From contig JBEUKZ010000130.1 in assembly GCA_048128005.1 (NCBI GenBank), forward strand, positions 62,001 to 126,000: 64,000 nt of DNA, in the 5' to 3' direction. The position numbers were made by a program, and so were the translations under genes. The stretch is from Veleropilina oligotropha (lineage: Eukaryota). The notes under the pieces are model-generated. The model ran no database searches, was not told the DNA's origin, and was given only the letters and a program-made list of their open reading frames with translations. Below are positions 1 through 10,338 of this stretch, one piece after another. Within the stretch, counting starts at the first letter, position 1; each line of letters opens with the position of its first letter.

Positions 1-14
1 TCCTAGACCAGGCA

Positions 15-1859
15 GTGCGGGATTTACTCTCAAAGAGAGCGATCTATTCCGCGCCGCCCAGCACACCAGGATATTACAGCCACTTTTTCCTGGTCCCGAA
101 ACCCGACGGCCGTTGGCGACCGATCCTCGATCTGTCGTTCCTCAACCAGTATCTTAGTACCGAGAAGTTCAAGCAAGAAACACTCTCGAAGATACGAACG
201 GCCATCCGTCCGGGCGACTGGGCAGCGTCTATCGACTTAACCGATGCGTACCTACACGTTCCGATGCATGTCTCGGCTCACCGGTACCTACGGTTTGTTC
301 ACGGGGGAACGATCTACCAATTCAGGTGTCTACCGTTCGGTCTATCGTCAGCCCCGTACGTCTTCACGCGAGTAGTACAGGCTCTCGGGGCCTTCCTACA
401 CTCGCGAGGGCACAGAGTACACGTGTACCTCGACGACTGGTTGATTCTCGGGGCGTCCCGGGATCAGTGCCTCCAGTCTATGAGCGTTACCCTGTCATCG
501 GCGAAGCGCCTGGGATTACAGATCAACAACGACAAATCCTGCTTCGTGCCCTCGACGACGTTTATATTTCTTGGGGTCGAATTCGACACGGTCCGGTACA
601 CCGCGAAACCGACTCAGAAACGTATAGAGAACCTACGCGCAGTTATACTAGAAACAAAGTCTTCACGGATAACTACAGCGCGACGACTGGCCACTGTCCT
701 AGGGCACATCGAGTCGGTAGCTCCCCTGTTACCGACGGGTCGCATGGACAAACGACCGTTGCAGCAGGCCTTCAAGGACCGCTGGATACAATGTACGGGA
801 CAGTGGACGGATCGCATCGATCTACGGCATTGGTTCAATCGCACGACAGCAGTGTGGTTGAACACTTCCCTGCCGAGCCAGTCGGTTCCAATATCCCCCC
901 CAGAACCGAACGCCTACCTCTTCACGGACGCGTCAAACGAGGGCTGGGGAGGTCACTTCGACAGTCACGAGACATCGGGCCTCTGGCCTACGGACCTTCA
1001 GGGACGACACATCAACTTCCTAGAGTTAGAAGCCGTCTACCTGTCAGTACAGTCCCTCTCGTCACATCTCCGAAACAAGCACATAATGCTAGCAACGGAC
1101 AACACGACTGTCGTCGCTTACATCCAGCACCAGGGCGGCACTCGCTCCCGTCCGCTTTGCGACCGAGCGATAGACCTGCACCGCCTAGTGATGTCACTCA
1201 ACTCGTCAATTCGAGCCCGACACATCCCGGGGAAGCTGAATGTCAGAGCGGATACGCTCTCTCGGAAATCACAGATTATACACACAGAGTGGACGCTACA
1301 CGCCCGTGTAGCCCGAGATGTCTGTCGCCTGTGGTCGACGCCTCAAGTCGATTTATTCGCAACCGAATTCAATCACCGACTCCCTCTCTATGTGTCTCCT
1401 TACCCGGACCCGGCCGCTATTGCGGTCGACGCTCTGTCAATGAGATGGGAGAATCTGATCGCCTACGCCTTCCCACCGTCGTGCATGTTGGCACAAGTAC
1501 TACGGAAAGCGACCCGCGAAGACTGCGAGTTGACGCTAATAGCACCTCTACAACGAACGCAGTCCTGGTTTCCGACACTTCTGGATCTACTCATCGATCA
1601 GCCGCGAGCGCTACCGCAGATGGCAGACTTGTTGTCTCAACCGCGCAGTCGGGTTCTACACCCGTCGGCGAACGAGTTTCACTTTCACGCCTGGCGACTA
1701 TCGAGAGATCGCTCATCAAGAAAGGCTTTTCTAGAGCGACAGCCCAGCGCATTTACCGATCTAGAAGACAATCTACAACAAGGGTATATGACTACCGATG
1801 GAAAAAGTTTGTGGATTGGTGTCGCGGGCGGCAAGTCAATATATTCCGCCCCCCTGTGA
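15..1859 (+). CDS. DIRS pol (reverse transcriptase, RNase H, DAM-like methyltransferase domain), N-terminally truncated by window
   Basis: Motifs WRPILDL, IDLTDAY, LPFGLSSAP, YLDD (RT); TDAS, ELEA, TDN, ADTLSR (RNase H); VDLFA...YAFPP...IAP..W (MTase-like). Confidence 0.95.
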   Translation: MRDLLSKRAIYSAPPSTPGYYSHFFLVPKPDGRWRPILDLSFLNQYLSTEKFKQETLSKIRTAIRPGDWAASIDLTDAYLHVPMHVSAHRYLRFVHGGTIYQFRCLPFGLSSAPYVFTRVVQALGAFLHSRGHRVHVYLDDWLILGASRDQCLQSMSVTLSSAKRLGLQINNDKSCFVPSTTFIFLGVEFDTVRYTAKPTQKRIENLRAVILETKSSRITTARRLATVLGHIESVAPLLPTGRMDKRPLQQAFKDRWIQCTGQWTDRIDLRHWFNRTTAVWLNTSLPSQSVPISPPEPNAYLFTDASNEGWGGHFDSHETSGLWPTDLQGRHINFLELEAVYLSVQSLSSHLRNKHIMLATDNTTVVAYIQHQGGTRSRPLCDRAIDLHRLVMSLNSSIRARHIPGKLNVRADTLSRKSQIIHTEWTLHARVARDVCRLWSTPQVDLFATEFNHRLPLYVSPYPDPAAIAVDALSMRWENLIAYAFPPSCMLAQVLRKATREDCELTLIAPLQRTQSWFPTLLDLLIDQPRALPQMADLLSQPRSRVLHPSANEFHFHAWRLSRDRSSRKAFLERQPSAFTDLEDNLQQGYMTTDGKSLWIGVAGGKSIYSAPL

Positions 1860-2773
1860 CCAAATTTATCGAGTTCTTATCGTCGTTGCTAGAACGGGGA
1901 ATGTCAATTTCCGCAGTCAAAGGCTACCGTTCATGTGTAGCTACAACGTTACGGCAATGCCGCGAGCACACCCGCTTGTCTACCGACAAGACTATATCGG
2001 ACTTCATACGCTCCTATCAACTCGAACGGCCCATTCAGCGGGTGCGACCGCCCGCTTGGAATGTTTTGTTAGTTCTCAATGCTTTACTTAGAGGCCCGTA
2101 CGAGCCTATGAGTGAGTGTTCCCTCAAAAATCTCACTTATAAGACCGTATTTCTTACCGCACTCGCAACTGGTAACCGGGCCTCGGAGATACACGCTTTA
2201 TCCGGAGAGCTGCGAGACATACACTTCCACACCGATGGGTCGGTGACGCTGCGTACTGTCCTTGGCTTCCTAGCGAAGACACAACGACCTGATGATATCA
2301 GTCCCGAGGTTTGTATACGTAACCTCTCCATGCTGGATAGAAATGATATCGACCGCCTCAACTGCCCGGTCCGCGCGTTGAGATTCTACCTGGATAAGAC
2401 CCGAGACTTACGGCACGGTAAAAAGCGTTTATTCGTTAGCCATATGCCTCAATTCCACCGCGACATTCGCAAATCGACTGTTTCACGTTGGATTGTCTCT
2501 GTTGTTAAGGAGATTTACTCTCGGTCACATGAGCCAGAACGAGATCTCGTTTCAATTCACGCGCACGAGACACGTGCAGTAGCCACTTCGTTAGCCTTCA
2601 AATATAATTTGAATATCAATGAAATCTTAAAGGCTTGTTACTGGAAGAACGCAAATACCTTTGTTCGCTTTTACCTGCATGATTATGCAACCACGGCTGA
2701 GGGTGAACATAGGATTTCCTTTGTGGCGGCAGGACAACAATGTATCACGGGGTCTGGGTCATCCCGACAGTGA
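326..2773 (+). CDS. DIRS ORF3 tyrosine recombinase (YR domain in C-terminal ~360 aa; long N-terminal part overlaps pol in another frame)
   Basis: GNRASEIHAL (R), FLAKTQ (K), HETR (HxxR), CYW, FVRFY (Y) match the catalytic pattern of phage-integrase-type recombinases; true start uncertain. Confidence 0.93.
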   Translation: MSTVRSIVSPVRLHASSTGSRGLPTLARAQSTRVPRRLVDSRGVPGSVPPVYERYPVIGEAPGITDQQRQILLRALDDVYISWGRIRHGPVHRETDSETYREPTRSYTRNKVFTDNYSATTGHCPRAHRVGSSPVTDGSHGQTTVAAGLQGPLDTMYGTVDGSHRSTALVQSHDSSVVEHFPAEPVGSNIPPRTERLPLHGRVKRGLGRSLRQSRDIGPLAYGPSGTTHQLPRVRSRLPVSTVPLVTSPKQAHNASNGQHDCRRLHPAPGRHSLPSALRPSDRPAPPSDVTQLVNSSPTHPGEAECQSGYALSEITDYTHRVDATRPCSPRCLSPVVDASSRFIRNRIQSPTPSLCVSLPGPGRYCGRRSVNEMGESDRLRLPTVVHVGTSTTESDPRRLRVDANSTSTTNAVLVSDTSGSTHRSAASATADGRLVVSTAQSGSTPVGERVSLSRLATIERSLIKKGFSRATAQRIYRSRRQSTTRVYDYRWKKFVDWCRGRQVNIFRPPVTKFIEFLSSLLERGMSISAVKGYRSCVATTLRQCREHTRLSTDKTISDFIRSYQLERPIQRVRPPAWNVLLVLNALLRGPYEPMSECSLKNLTYKTVFLTALATGNRASEIHALSGELRDIHFHTDGSVTLRTVLGFLAKTQRPDDISPEVCIRNLSMLDRNDIDRLNCPVRALRFYLDKTRDLRHGKKRLFVSHMPQFHRDIRKSTVSRWIVSVVKEIYSRSHEPERDLVSIHAHETRAVATSLAFKYNLNINEILKACYWKNANTFVRFYLHDYATTAEGEHRISFVAAGQQCITGSGSSRQ

Positions 2774-3554
2774 TTGGTTTATGGAATTTTACCAGACACT
2801 GAGGTAATATAATGTAATTCTATTTGTGTACATTGAAATCACCTTTAGAATTTACTCCAATGTTTTTCTTTCTTAAACTGGTTAAGAAATTGAAATTATT
2901 ATTCATACTGAGTTCATATGAAGCAATGCCCACATTGGATGTAGACATTTATATTATTAAATCTTAAAAATGTTTTTTGTAAATAATATTATTTTAAAAT
3001 GTTCTACTGCTGTCTCAGAACATTTCAATGTGCGTACATTGAAAAATTTTATTATTATTCTCTACTAAAAATTATTTAAGTAACATGTATCATGTTGACA
3101 TTTTGCAAGTTGGACATGCAAAAGTTTATTATTCAAGATGAAGTTATTGAAATTTTCTTCAATCTATTGATAATTGTCACGGTTTTATAACACTATCTAC
3201 CTGCCTAGGTTCGGGTGCTTCTTAAAACCACGTCTTGCAGTTTTCTGTCTGCCGACCTTTGAGTCCGGAATATTCAGATCACTGTTTTGCTCATGACACG
3301 GGTGCCTCAAGGTATACCTTCCGCCGGTGTCCGGAGCTACATGCACTTTCGTGTTACCTGTCCGACTAACATCCCTGGCGTGTTTTCCCAGATTTCTTGG
3401 TCGAAATCTCACCTCAGGGTAAGGGTAGATTTGATGCTCAGTAAAATCCACTCTGAACGGACTCGATCTCAACGCTAAAGCGTCGTCTTCTGGTAACAAG
3501 TAAGTTTTAATTTTGGTGTATGGAACTTATAACTCCGCCAACCAAAGTTATTCT

Positions 3555-3644
3555 TGGCATTAGTAAGGACGTAAGTATATTTGATATAGATATGAGGATT
3601 AAGAGTAATCCCTTGTATCTATAATAATATACTTACGTCCTTAC
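3555..3644 (+). repeat. Internal complementary region (ICR) of DIRS copy A
   Basis: First half is the reverse complement of the left end seen in copy B (9324-9361); second half is the reverse complement of the right end (to 3950). Confidence 0.93.
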
Positions 3645-3708
3645 CCACTTGGCCCACCCTGCTTCGCACCTCCCCTCTTATATAAGTTCTTTGTCTTGGG
3701 GTTTGCAG

Positions 3709-3950
3709 AAACTTCGGATGAGGTCTTGACCCTTTGGTCAAGAAGATCTCGCGGGAGTTGGCGAGCTCTTACTGGACATGAACTGGAGGAGGTCGAGCAG
3801 GTCAGGGGGTCAGCTGGGTTCAATTTACTAAAAAAGTGCAAATTACCATTTCCACCTTGTCCGGATTTAGCGATAATAGGCTTATTATGGCATTAGTAAG
3901 GACGTAAGTATATTATTATAGATACAAGGGATTACTCTTAATCCTCATAT
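3709..3950 (+). repeat. Right inverted terminal repeat plus right extension, DIRS copy A
   Basis: Reverse complement of the left ITR of copy B (9324-9540) with a few substitutions. Confidence 0.92.
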
Positions 3951-4193
3951 TTGAAAACTACGTAAAAAGTTGATGCTAACGCGTTACATACAAAAATGGT
4001 CTTATTTTGTCACAATAAATGGAGAAAAAAGACGCTATCCGGAAACCGATTTCAACAAAAGTCACATCTACACGAGCGTAATATTACTGGCTTTACCATA
4101 AACCAAACCATTTTAAATTGTGTTGTATATTGTTATTGTATTGAGGCTGTACATGATTTTTAACCCAATTGGCCACTTTACTGTGCAACAGGC

Positions 4194-4676
4194 CATTTCA
4201 CCTACCAGAAGCAACAGTAATAAAGGAAACGTACTATCATGCAATGCATTACATACTTATCTTCGCCCCACTTGCCTCGTTAGAGCAGAAAAGCCGATCC
4301 GATAACTATAAAAGCGACATTTGTTCGTCCCTTGGGCCACATCTTCTAAATTTGTCGAAGTTTTTCTACCAATGGCAATCTCCACGCATGCGTCGATTGT
4401 GCTTCACTACATTGTGTATGGAAGTAAGGGAAAACAGAGACGAGTTATTTCCCTTGCATCCATACACGATGTAGCGAAGCACAATCGGCGCATGCTTGGA
4501 GATGGCCATTGATAGAAAAATTTAGAAGATGTGGCCCAAAGGATGAACAAATGTCGCTTTTATCGTTATCGGATCGGATTTTCTGCTCTAACGAGGCAAG
4601 TGGGACAAAGATAGTATGTAATGCATTGCATGATAGTACGTTTCCTTTATTACTGTTGCTTCTGGTAGGTGAAATG
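4194..4676. mobile_element. Foldback/MITE-like long palindrome (~240-bp arms)
   Basis: CATTTCACCTACCAGAAGCAACAG... pairs with ...CTGTTGCTTCTGGTAGGTGAAATG; arms pair almost to the centre at ~4438. Confidence 0.8.
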
Positions 4677-5264
4677 CGATTCGAAGCGGGGCAAGTGAAT
4701 AATCGGAAAAATTAAAGATGGATGCCCTCTTATATATTATACGTAATCAGTGGGTGGGTAGCAAGTCGATGATGGATTTCGCTCATATTTCTGGTTAGCG
4801 TCAATGGCCCGTGGCAATAATGCTATCTCTACGCAAATAAACTGAACACACGGCAACCTATCTCATACTGTTGACAAAAGCATGAACTACTAGTATTTAA
4901 TAATAATATATGCATTTTAAAATACCATGCCATACAAAAAGAGTTAGATTAATTGTTGAAGACAAAGTATGAAACAGTCTATAGAGCGCGCTCTATTGAC
5001 TCCGCTCTAACGACCGTTTGCTCTATTGACCGTCTTCCGTTCGTCCGAGACGTCACATCGCAACTTCACCAGTCATGCCAGTGCAATACTGCCAATATTT
5101 TATTTTTAGGAAACGTATGTATGCTTTCCTAAAACTAAAAATGTATGTAAAAAAGAAGATGAACCAGAGCACGTTTAACTTTAAACAACACACAAACACA
5201 GTTATCACATCCAAAATAAAAAGGAAAATAATAATGAATCTTTTGTGTTAATTATGCATTTCAG

Positions 5265-5388
5265 CTGCCGTCAGCAGTGAGGTCTGCGAGTCGAGCGTTT
5301 CAGCTGCCGTCAGCAGTGAGGTCTGCGAGTCGAGCGTTTTGCACAGACGAACCGACTCAGCCACCAGCGCAGCAGCGCTCAGAGAGAT
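5265..5388 (+). CDS. SSBP1: SSBP1 coding exon (mitochondrial presequence region), with an internal 39-bp duplication
   Basis: tttcag acceptor and gtaggg donor; encodes LPSAVRSASRAFQLPSAVRSASRAFCTDEPTQPPAQQRSER; phase-1 T joins GT of the next exon to give ER-C-VNQV, matching the ER-S-LNRV junction I recall for vertebrate SSBP1. Confidence 0.8.
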
Positions 5389-5589
5389 GTAGGGTTTGTT
5401 TTGAATCGATCCTTAGTTGATTTTGTATTAAAATGATTTTAACACATGTCGATATTATCGTGGATGGGGTGGGTGAAGCCCTGTCGACCAAGAAAACTCG
5501 CCTGCACCGTCCAGTTATGAACAACACTGACTGTTACTTGAAGTCCCAGTCGAGGAGTCGAACCCATTCTTGTTAGACAGAGCAATGAG

Positions 5590-5838
5590 GAGAGTACATT
5601 GGGAGCCACACTCGTGCAAAATGCAGCCGAGAGATGAGGAAAGTACATTGGGAGCCACACTCGTGCAAAATGCAGCCGAGAGATGTAAGATGTAAGGACG
5701 TCCATGCAAGGAAATGCATCACTAATGCAGCTGAGAGATGTAAGGACGTCCATGCAAGGAAATGCAGCTGAGAGATGTAAGGACGTCCATGCAAGGAAAT
5801 GCAACTGAGAGATGTAAGGACGTCCATGCAAGGAAATG
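5590..5838. repeat. Minisatellite (~39-bp unit GCAGCTGAGAGATGTAAGGACGTCCATGCAAGGAAAT, preceded by two ~50-bp related units)
   Basis: Direct tandem copies visible in sequence. Confidence 0.85.
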
Positions 5839-6379
5839 ATGTCCATTATGAACAGATCTATGTATACGTGTCAGGATTAGACATAACAGTGGCATTATGG
5901 TTGCAATACTGGTCCACAGCGGCAGTCGCTATGGTGCCAGGGTGGGTAAGAACGTTCCGCTCAATTCACTTTTTAAGACTCGCTAGAGTCTGGGTGAGTC
6001 CCGAGTCGGCTCTGTGGAGTTAACAGCCACATTAAATAAGGCCAATAAAAATGTCTTGGTTCCTGTTGCATGACTCATTGACTAGAATTTTCTCGCTACC
6101 CTAATCTTTTTATCATGATTTATTTGTATAAAACCCGCGATCTCCCTGTTGACCGTTTGTTTTGTCAATCTGCAATCATATTTGCTGTGGAAGGTTTCAT
6201 GGTGTCTCGCTTGTCTATTAAATCAACCCTAATCATCAATGGCTTGCTGTCAGAGACTCCGAGGGATATGATGTGCTGAGATTCAGTTTATTTTACGACC
6301 ACAGTTTGACAACTTTTCAATTTGTGTCTGTTTTGTAGAACCCTCAGGTTTAATGTCTCCTTTTCAAAGCCATAAATTT

Positions 6380-7390
6380 GATTTTTCTTTTATTTGATAT
6401 ATTTAGTAAAGCACAATATATAAAATACAGAATGTAAAAAAAATGTACAAACAATGTATGAAATATATTATGTTCACCAAGGATTGCACGAAAAAGTCAA
6501 AAGACTTATTTCCAACGTGGTCCTTAACAATTGAACAAGATTTAAGATGGCGAAAAAATAAAACTAACAAAATTAGAAAGTAATATATTCGCTGTTTTCC
6601 TCATCTAAAAATTTACGGAATAAAAAAGATTTGAGGCCTGTTTTAAAATTTTGCATAGGCACAATTGTTTGAATATTAAGAGGTAACTTATTCCATTCAT
6701 GATCACCCCTGTACATAAAAGTTTGCTTACCGATAATATATCTAAATCTAGGAATAAACAAGCAAATATGACTAGCGCGAGTACCGATTGAGTGACTATC
6801 GTGCAAAATTGAAATGACTAGATAGAGATACGATGGTGCAACGCCGTTTAAAACTTAATGAACATGACACAATTCTCATTGGATGACTCGCATTTCGACA
6901 GGTAACCTAAACCAGTTAAGCTGCTTAAAGTGACAATATTCGAGATGGGTACGATTGGGTAATTTTAGAACAGTTATGATTAGTTTATTTTGGGAAATTT
7001 ATTGCCTAGATTTCGTGTTTTTCAACAGACTGTTATACTATGATGTACAAGCATTGGACTAATGTGTTAGCTAACAGTTTCATCGAGTTTTTGTCCAAAT
7101 ATTTTGCTTTACGAGACAAAAATTGTGTTCTGCAGTTGATTTTCTTGATTACATTACATGCCATAGTTTCGCCTGATACATTTTGATTTATTTGAAAACC
7201 AAGGTACTTTACAGTGGATTTACTTACAATACGGGTGTTATTTAAATTTACATTCAAATTACTAGTTTTAGACAGTTTTTGTTTCGAACCAAAGAGTATC
7301 GACTCTGTTTTACCTAGGTGAAGCAAAAGCTTGTTGTCCACCAACCACTTGCTAACATTATCAAGTTCATTACTTAGGGTCTATTCGATT
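6380..7390 (-). mobile_element. 5'-truncated, decayed CR1-group LINE (RT C-terminus and 3' UTR)
   Basis: Minus-strand ORF pieces DNKLLLHLGKTESILFGS...VKYLG (7033-7344) and GKQTFMYRG..EWNKLP (6573-6806), broken by frameshifts. Confidence 0.8.
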
Positions 7391-7469
7391 TCATCCGTTA
7401 GCATCATTAGATTAAGCCACGCTAGTGTGGATTCGAACCCACATATTACTGTAGGACATAATATATATA

Positions 7470-9063
7470 TATAATAATAATAAATCTTTATTTACAGAGG
7501 CAGTACAGTTAGCTTAGTTGCTAATCTTCCCTGAGTCCCTCTACTAAAGAACTAATGTGGCAATAATCTAACTATATGTACAAAAGTGAAAAATTAATAT
7601 ATTTAAAAAAGATAAAAAGCAACAACACATGCGTAAGATACAAATCAATGATAATTAGATACTACAACAATACATCAAAAATATGAAAAAGTACTGGTAC
7701 ATCATGCAAGACAATAAATCAATATTCTGTTCAATATTTAATGAAATCAGATTACATCAATCTGATTTCAATAAATGGTGTTTCATCTTTTGGCGAAACT
7801 TGCCAACATTTTCAACATATTTTACAGTTTGGGGAAGCTCGTTCCATATTTGTGCACCTTTGTACATAAATGTTCGTTTCATAGACTCTGATTTTGGTTT
7901 TGGAAGAATTAGAGCTTTTGAGGAGACAGATCTTAGGGTCTTATCAGATTCATAGCGAGTTATCTGGAATTTTTCAGAAATATAGTTTGGAGTTAAATTG
8001 TTTTGAGATTTAAACATGAGTACGGCTGTTTGAAAAGTTATTTTATCATTAAATGGTATCCATTCTAAGATCTTGAATAATGGTCCACTAGGTGCATCAT
8101 AATCCGCATCAAGAATTATTCTAGCAACTCTCTTTTGGAGTTTACATAAACGATTAACAGAGTCTTGAGAACAGTTTCCCCAAACTGTAGAGCAATAATC
8201 CGAGAGAGGTTGAATAAAGCTATTATAAAACAGCTTTCTCAACTTAAGAGGTAGGTAATGCTTCGTCCTTTGAAGCAGAGTTATTCGAGATGATATTTTT
8301 GAACTTATCATGTCAATATGAGATTTCCATGTTAAGTTACTGTCGATTACAACACCTAATAACTTTTCAGATGATGAGTTTGATAGCTTCTGATTATTTG
8401 TTATAATATGCAATTTATTAGTGGTGCGCAATTTCTGCCTGGTACCAATTAACATTGTCTTGGTTTTGTCAATATTTATAATCATACCATTTGCAACACA
8501 CCAATTATTTACATTTGATATATCATCATTCAGGAAAGTTTCTATCTGCTGAAGATCCTTTCCCGAGTGGTGTAGGGTCGTATCATCAACATATAAGTCA
8601 GTGTCAGAATTTAAATGGAGAGGAAGATCATTGATATATAACAAAAATAGAAGTGGTCCTAAAATTGATCCTTGAGGAACACCATAGTTAACATTTTGAG
8701 AAGGAGACAGTACATTTCTGATAGCAACTTTCTGTTTCCGATCTGTCAGATATGATTTGAACCATGCTAGCGTTGAAGGATTGAATTGATAGAGTTTGAG
8801 TTTTTGCATTAGTATGGAGTGGTCTATTAGATCAAATGCTTTTTTTAAGTCTATAAATATTGTACCAGTCATATTGCCCTCATCCATTTGTGATAGCCAT
8901 TTATCTGTTAGGTTTATCAGTGCAGTCTCGCAGGAATGCTTTTCTCGAGATCCTGATTGACTCTCATGAAACAGATTGTGACTATTTAAGTATAGCTTGA
9001 GTTGACAGGCAACATGTTTTTCTATTACTTTTGAAAGAGTCGGCAGAATGGAAATGGGTCTAA
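7470..9063 (-). mobile_element. 5'-truncated CR1/L2-group LINE with 3' stem-loop and (ATT)n tail
   Basis: Uninterrupted RT ORF, then a 3' UTR ending AATAAAGATTTATTATTATTA on the minus strand. Confidence 0.9.
7757..9063 (-). CDS. LINE ORF2 reverse transcriptase fragment
   Basis: RPISILPTLSK, FIDLKKAFD, GVPQGSILGPLLF, YVDDT, KLLGV; the ORF-track extension 9064-9133 is unrelated flank. Confidence 0.9.
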
Positions 9064-9323
9064 TGTGGGTTTCTCTTATATACGTGCATGTATATAAAAG
9101 TATTTTCAAAAAAATTATTTTCTTACCTACCAACCCTAATTTTTATGAGCATGTAACAAGAACCAAGTAATATTTTTGCTTATCTCTCCAGCTTTCAGTG
9201 GTTACTACACTAACAGGCTTCCTCTCAAGATAATATGAACATATCTCGCTAATATAGCCACAATAATCATTACTAAAAATTAATATATTTTAACAAAATA
9301 TGAATCTTGAATTGTACTGTGTG

Positions 9324-9540
9324 TATCTATATCAAATATACTTACGTCCTTACTAATGCCATAATAAGCCTATTATCGCTAAATCCGGACAAGGTGGAAA
9401 TGGTAATTTCGCACTTTTTAGTAAATTGAACCCAGCTGACCCAGTGACCTGCTCGACCTCCTCCAGTTCATGTCTATTAAGAGCTCGCCAACTCCCGCGA
9501 GATCCTCGTGACCCAAGGGTCAAGACCTCATCCGAAGTTT
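9324..9540 (+). repeat. Left ITR of DIRS copy B
   Basis: Reverse complement of 16493-16686, apart from a 9-bp deletion in the right copy. Confidence 0.93.
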
Positions 9541-10338
9541 TCCGCTCGATTGTACAAGTCGCGTTTTGCTTTGCTCCACAATCTTTGTGATTTTTCGATC
9601 TTTTTCGAGCCCGATTTTAAAAATCTATAAGCTCATAAGATCTAATATAGTGTTGTGAACACGTTTAGTGGAAAGACTGAGAGTCTCCTCCTGAATAAGT
9701 CGCCTTCTTAGAAGTTTTTCCTGTCTACAACAAGGACAGAAAACGAAATCGACATCCTCCATTGACGACGCCATCTTGGACTTCTGAAACAGAAAGAAAA
9801 GAGGACGCTCAGAGGGATATTTAAAGAAGGAAGCTCCCTAGCAATACTACGGAGTCAGGGAGAGTTTGATTATTGATATTGCTTGAATTTGCATTGCATT
9901 TCATTTATATATACGATAATTCCTCAACGACTTTTTTCTTGCTATAAATTTATGTAATCAAATTTATCGTCGTTGAACAGCAGATTATTTAGAATTTAAC
10001 TAGCGTTATTTTGGTAAATCTGCTATATCGGGGATAGCACGCCGAATTCTAACAAATTGATATATATACATCCAAGAGGTTTTTCGGTGTAAAAGGGCGG
10101 TTTCTTGGAAAGAAGACCTCCCGTTTCTCAATTCGTTGACCGACTGGTTTTTATAACGTAAAAATATAAAGTCGGTGTTTTTGGGCGTATAATCCGCCGT
10201 AAGTTATAAGCGTATTTCAGCCTTTTCCAACTCTCGGATCAGGTACAATCGAGGTTGTAGTAGTAATTTGGTAAACTACCCGGGAAATATCCTTATCACT
10301 TCAAAAACCCTATCTCCTACCTACCCGTGTGCGTAGCT

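Larger units (their letters stand above)
1..3950 (+). mobile_element. DIRS1-type tyrosine-recombinase retrotransposon, copy A (5' part outside window)
   Basis: RT/RNaseH/MTase ORF overlapped by a YR ORF, then an ICR and a right ITR ending CCTCA-TAT at 3950; near-identical to copy B. Confidence 0.96.
6037..9182. mobile_element. Old non-autonomous TIR DNA transposon hosting two LINE insertions
   Basis: Left TAAGGCCAATAAAAATGTCTTGGTTCCTGTTGCATG is an imperfect inverted match to right CATGTAACAAGAACCAAGTAATATTTTTGCTTA; superfamily not established. Confidence 0.5.

Noticed and set aside
3951..5264. Search for the SSBP1 ATG-containing first exon
   Set aside because: No convincing ATG plus phase-0 donor found; it probably lies upstream of the window
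5439..5846. Repetitive-peptide ORFs (also 46378-46844 and 60028-60665)
   Set aside because: Translations of minisatellites
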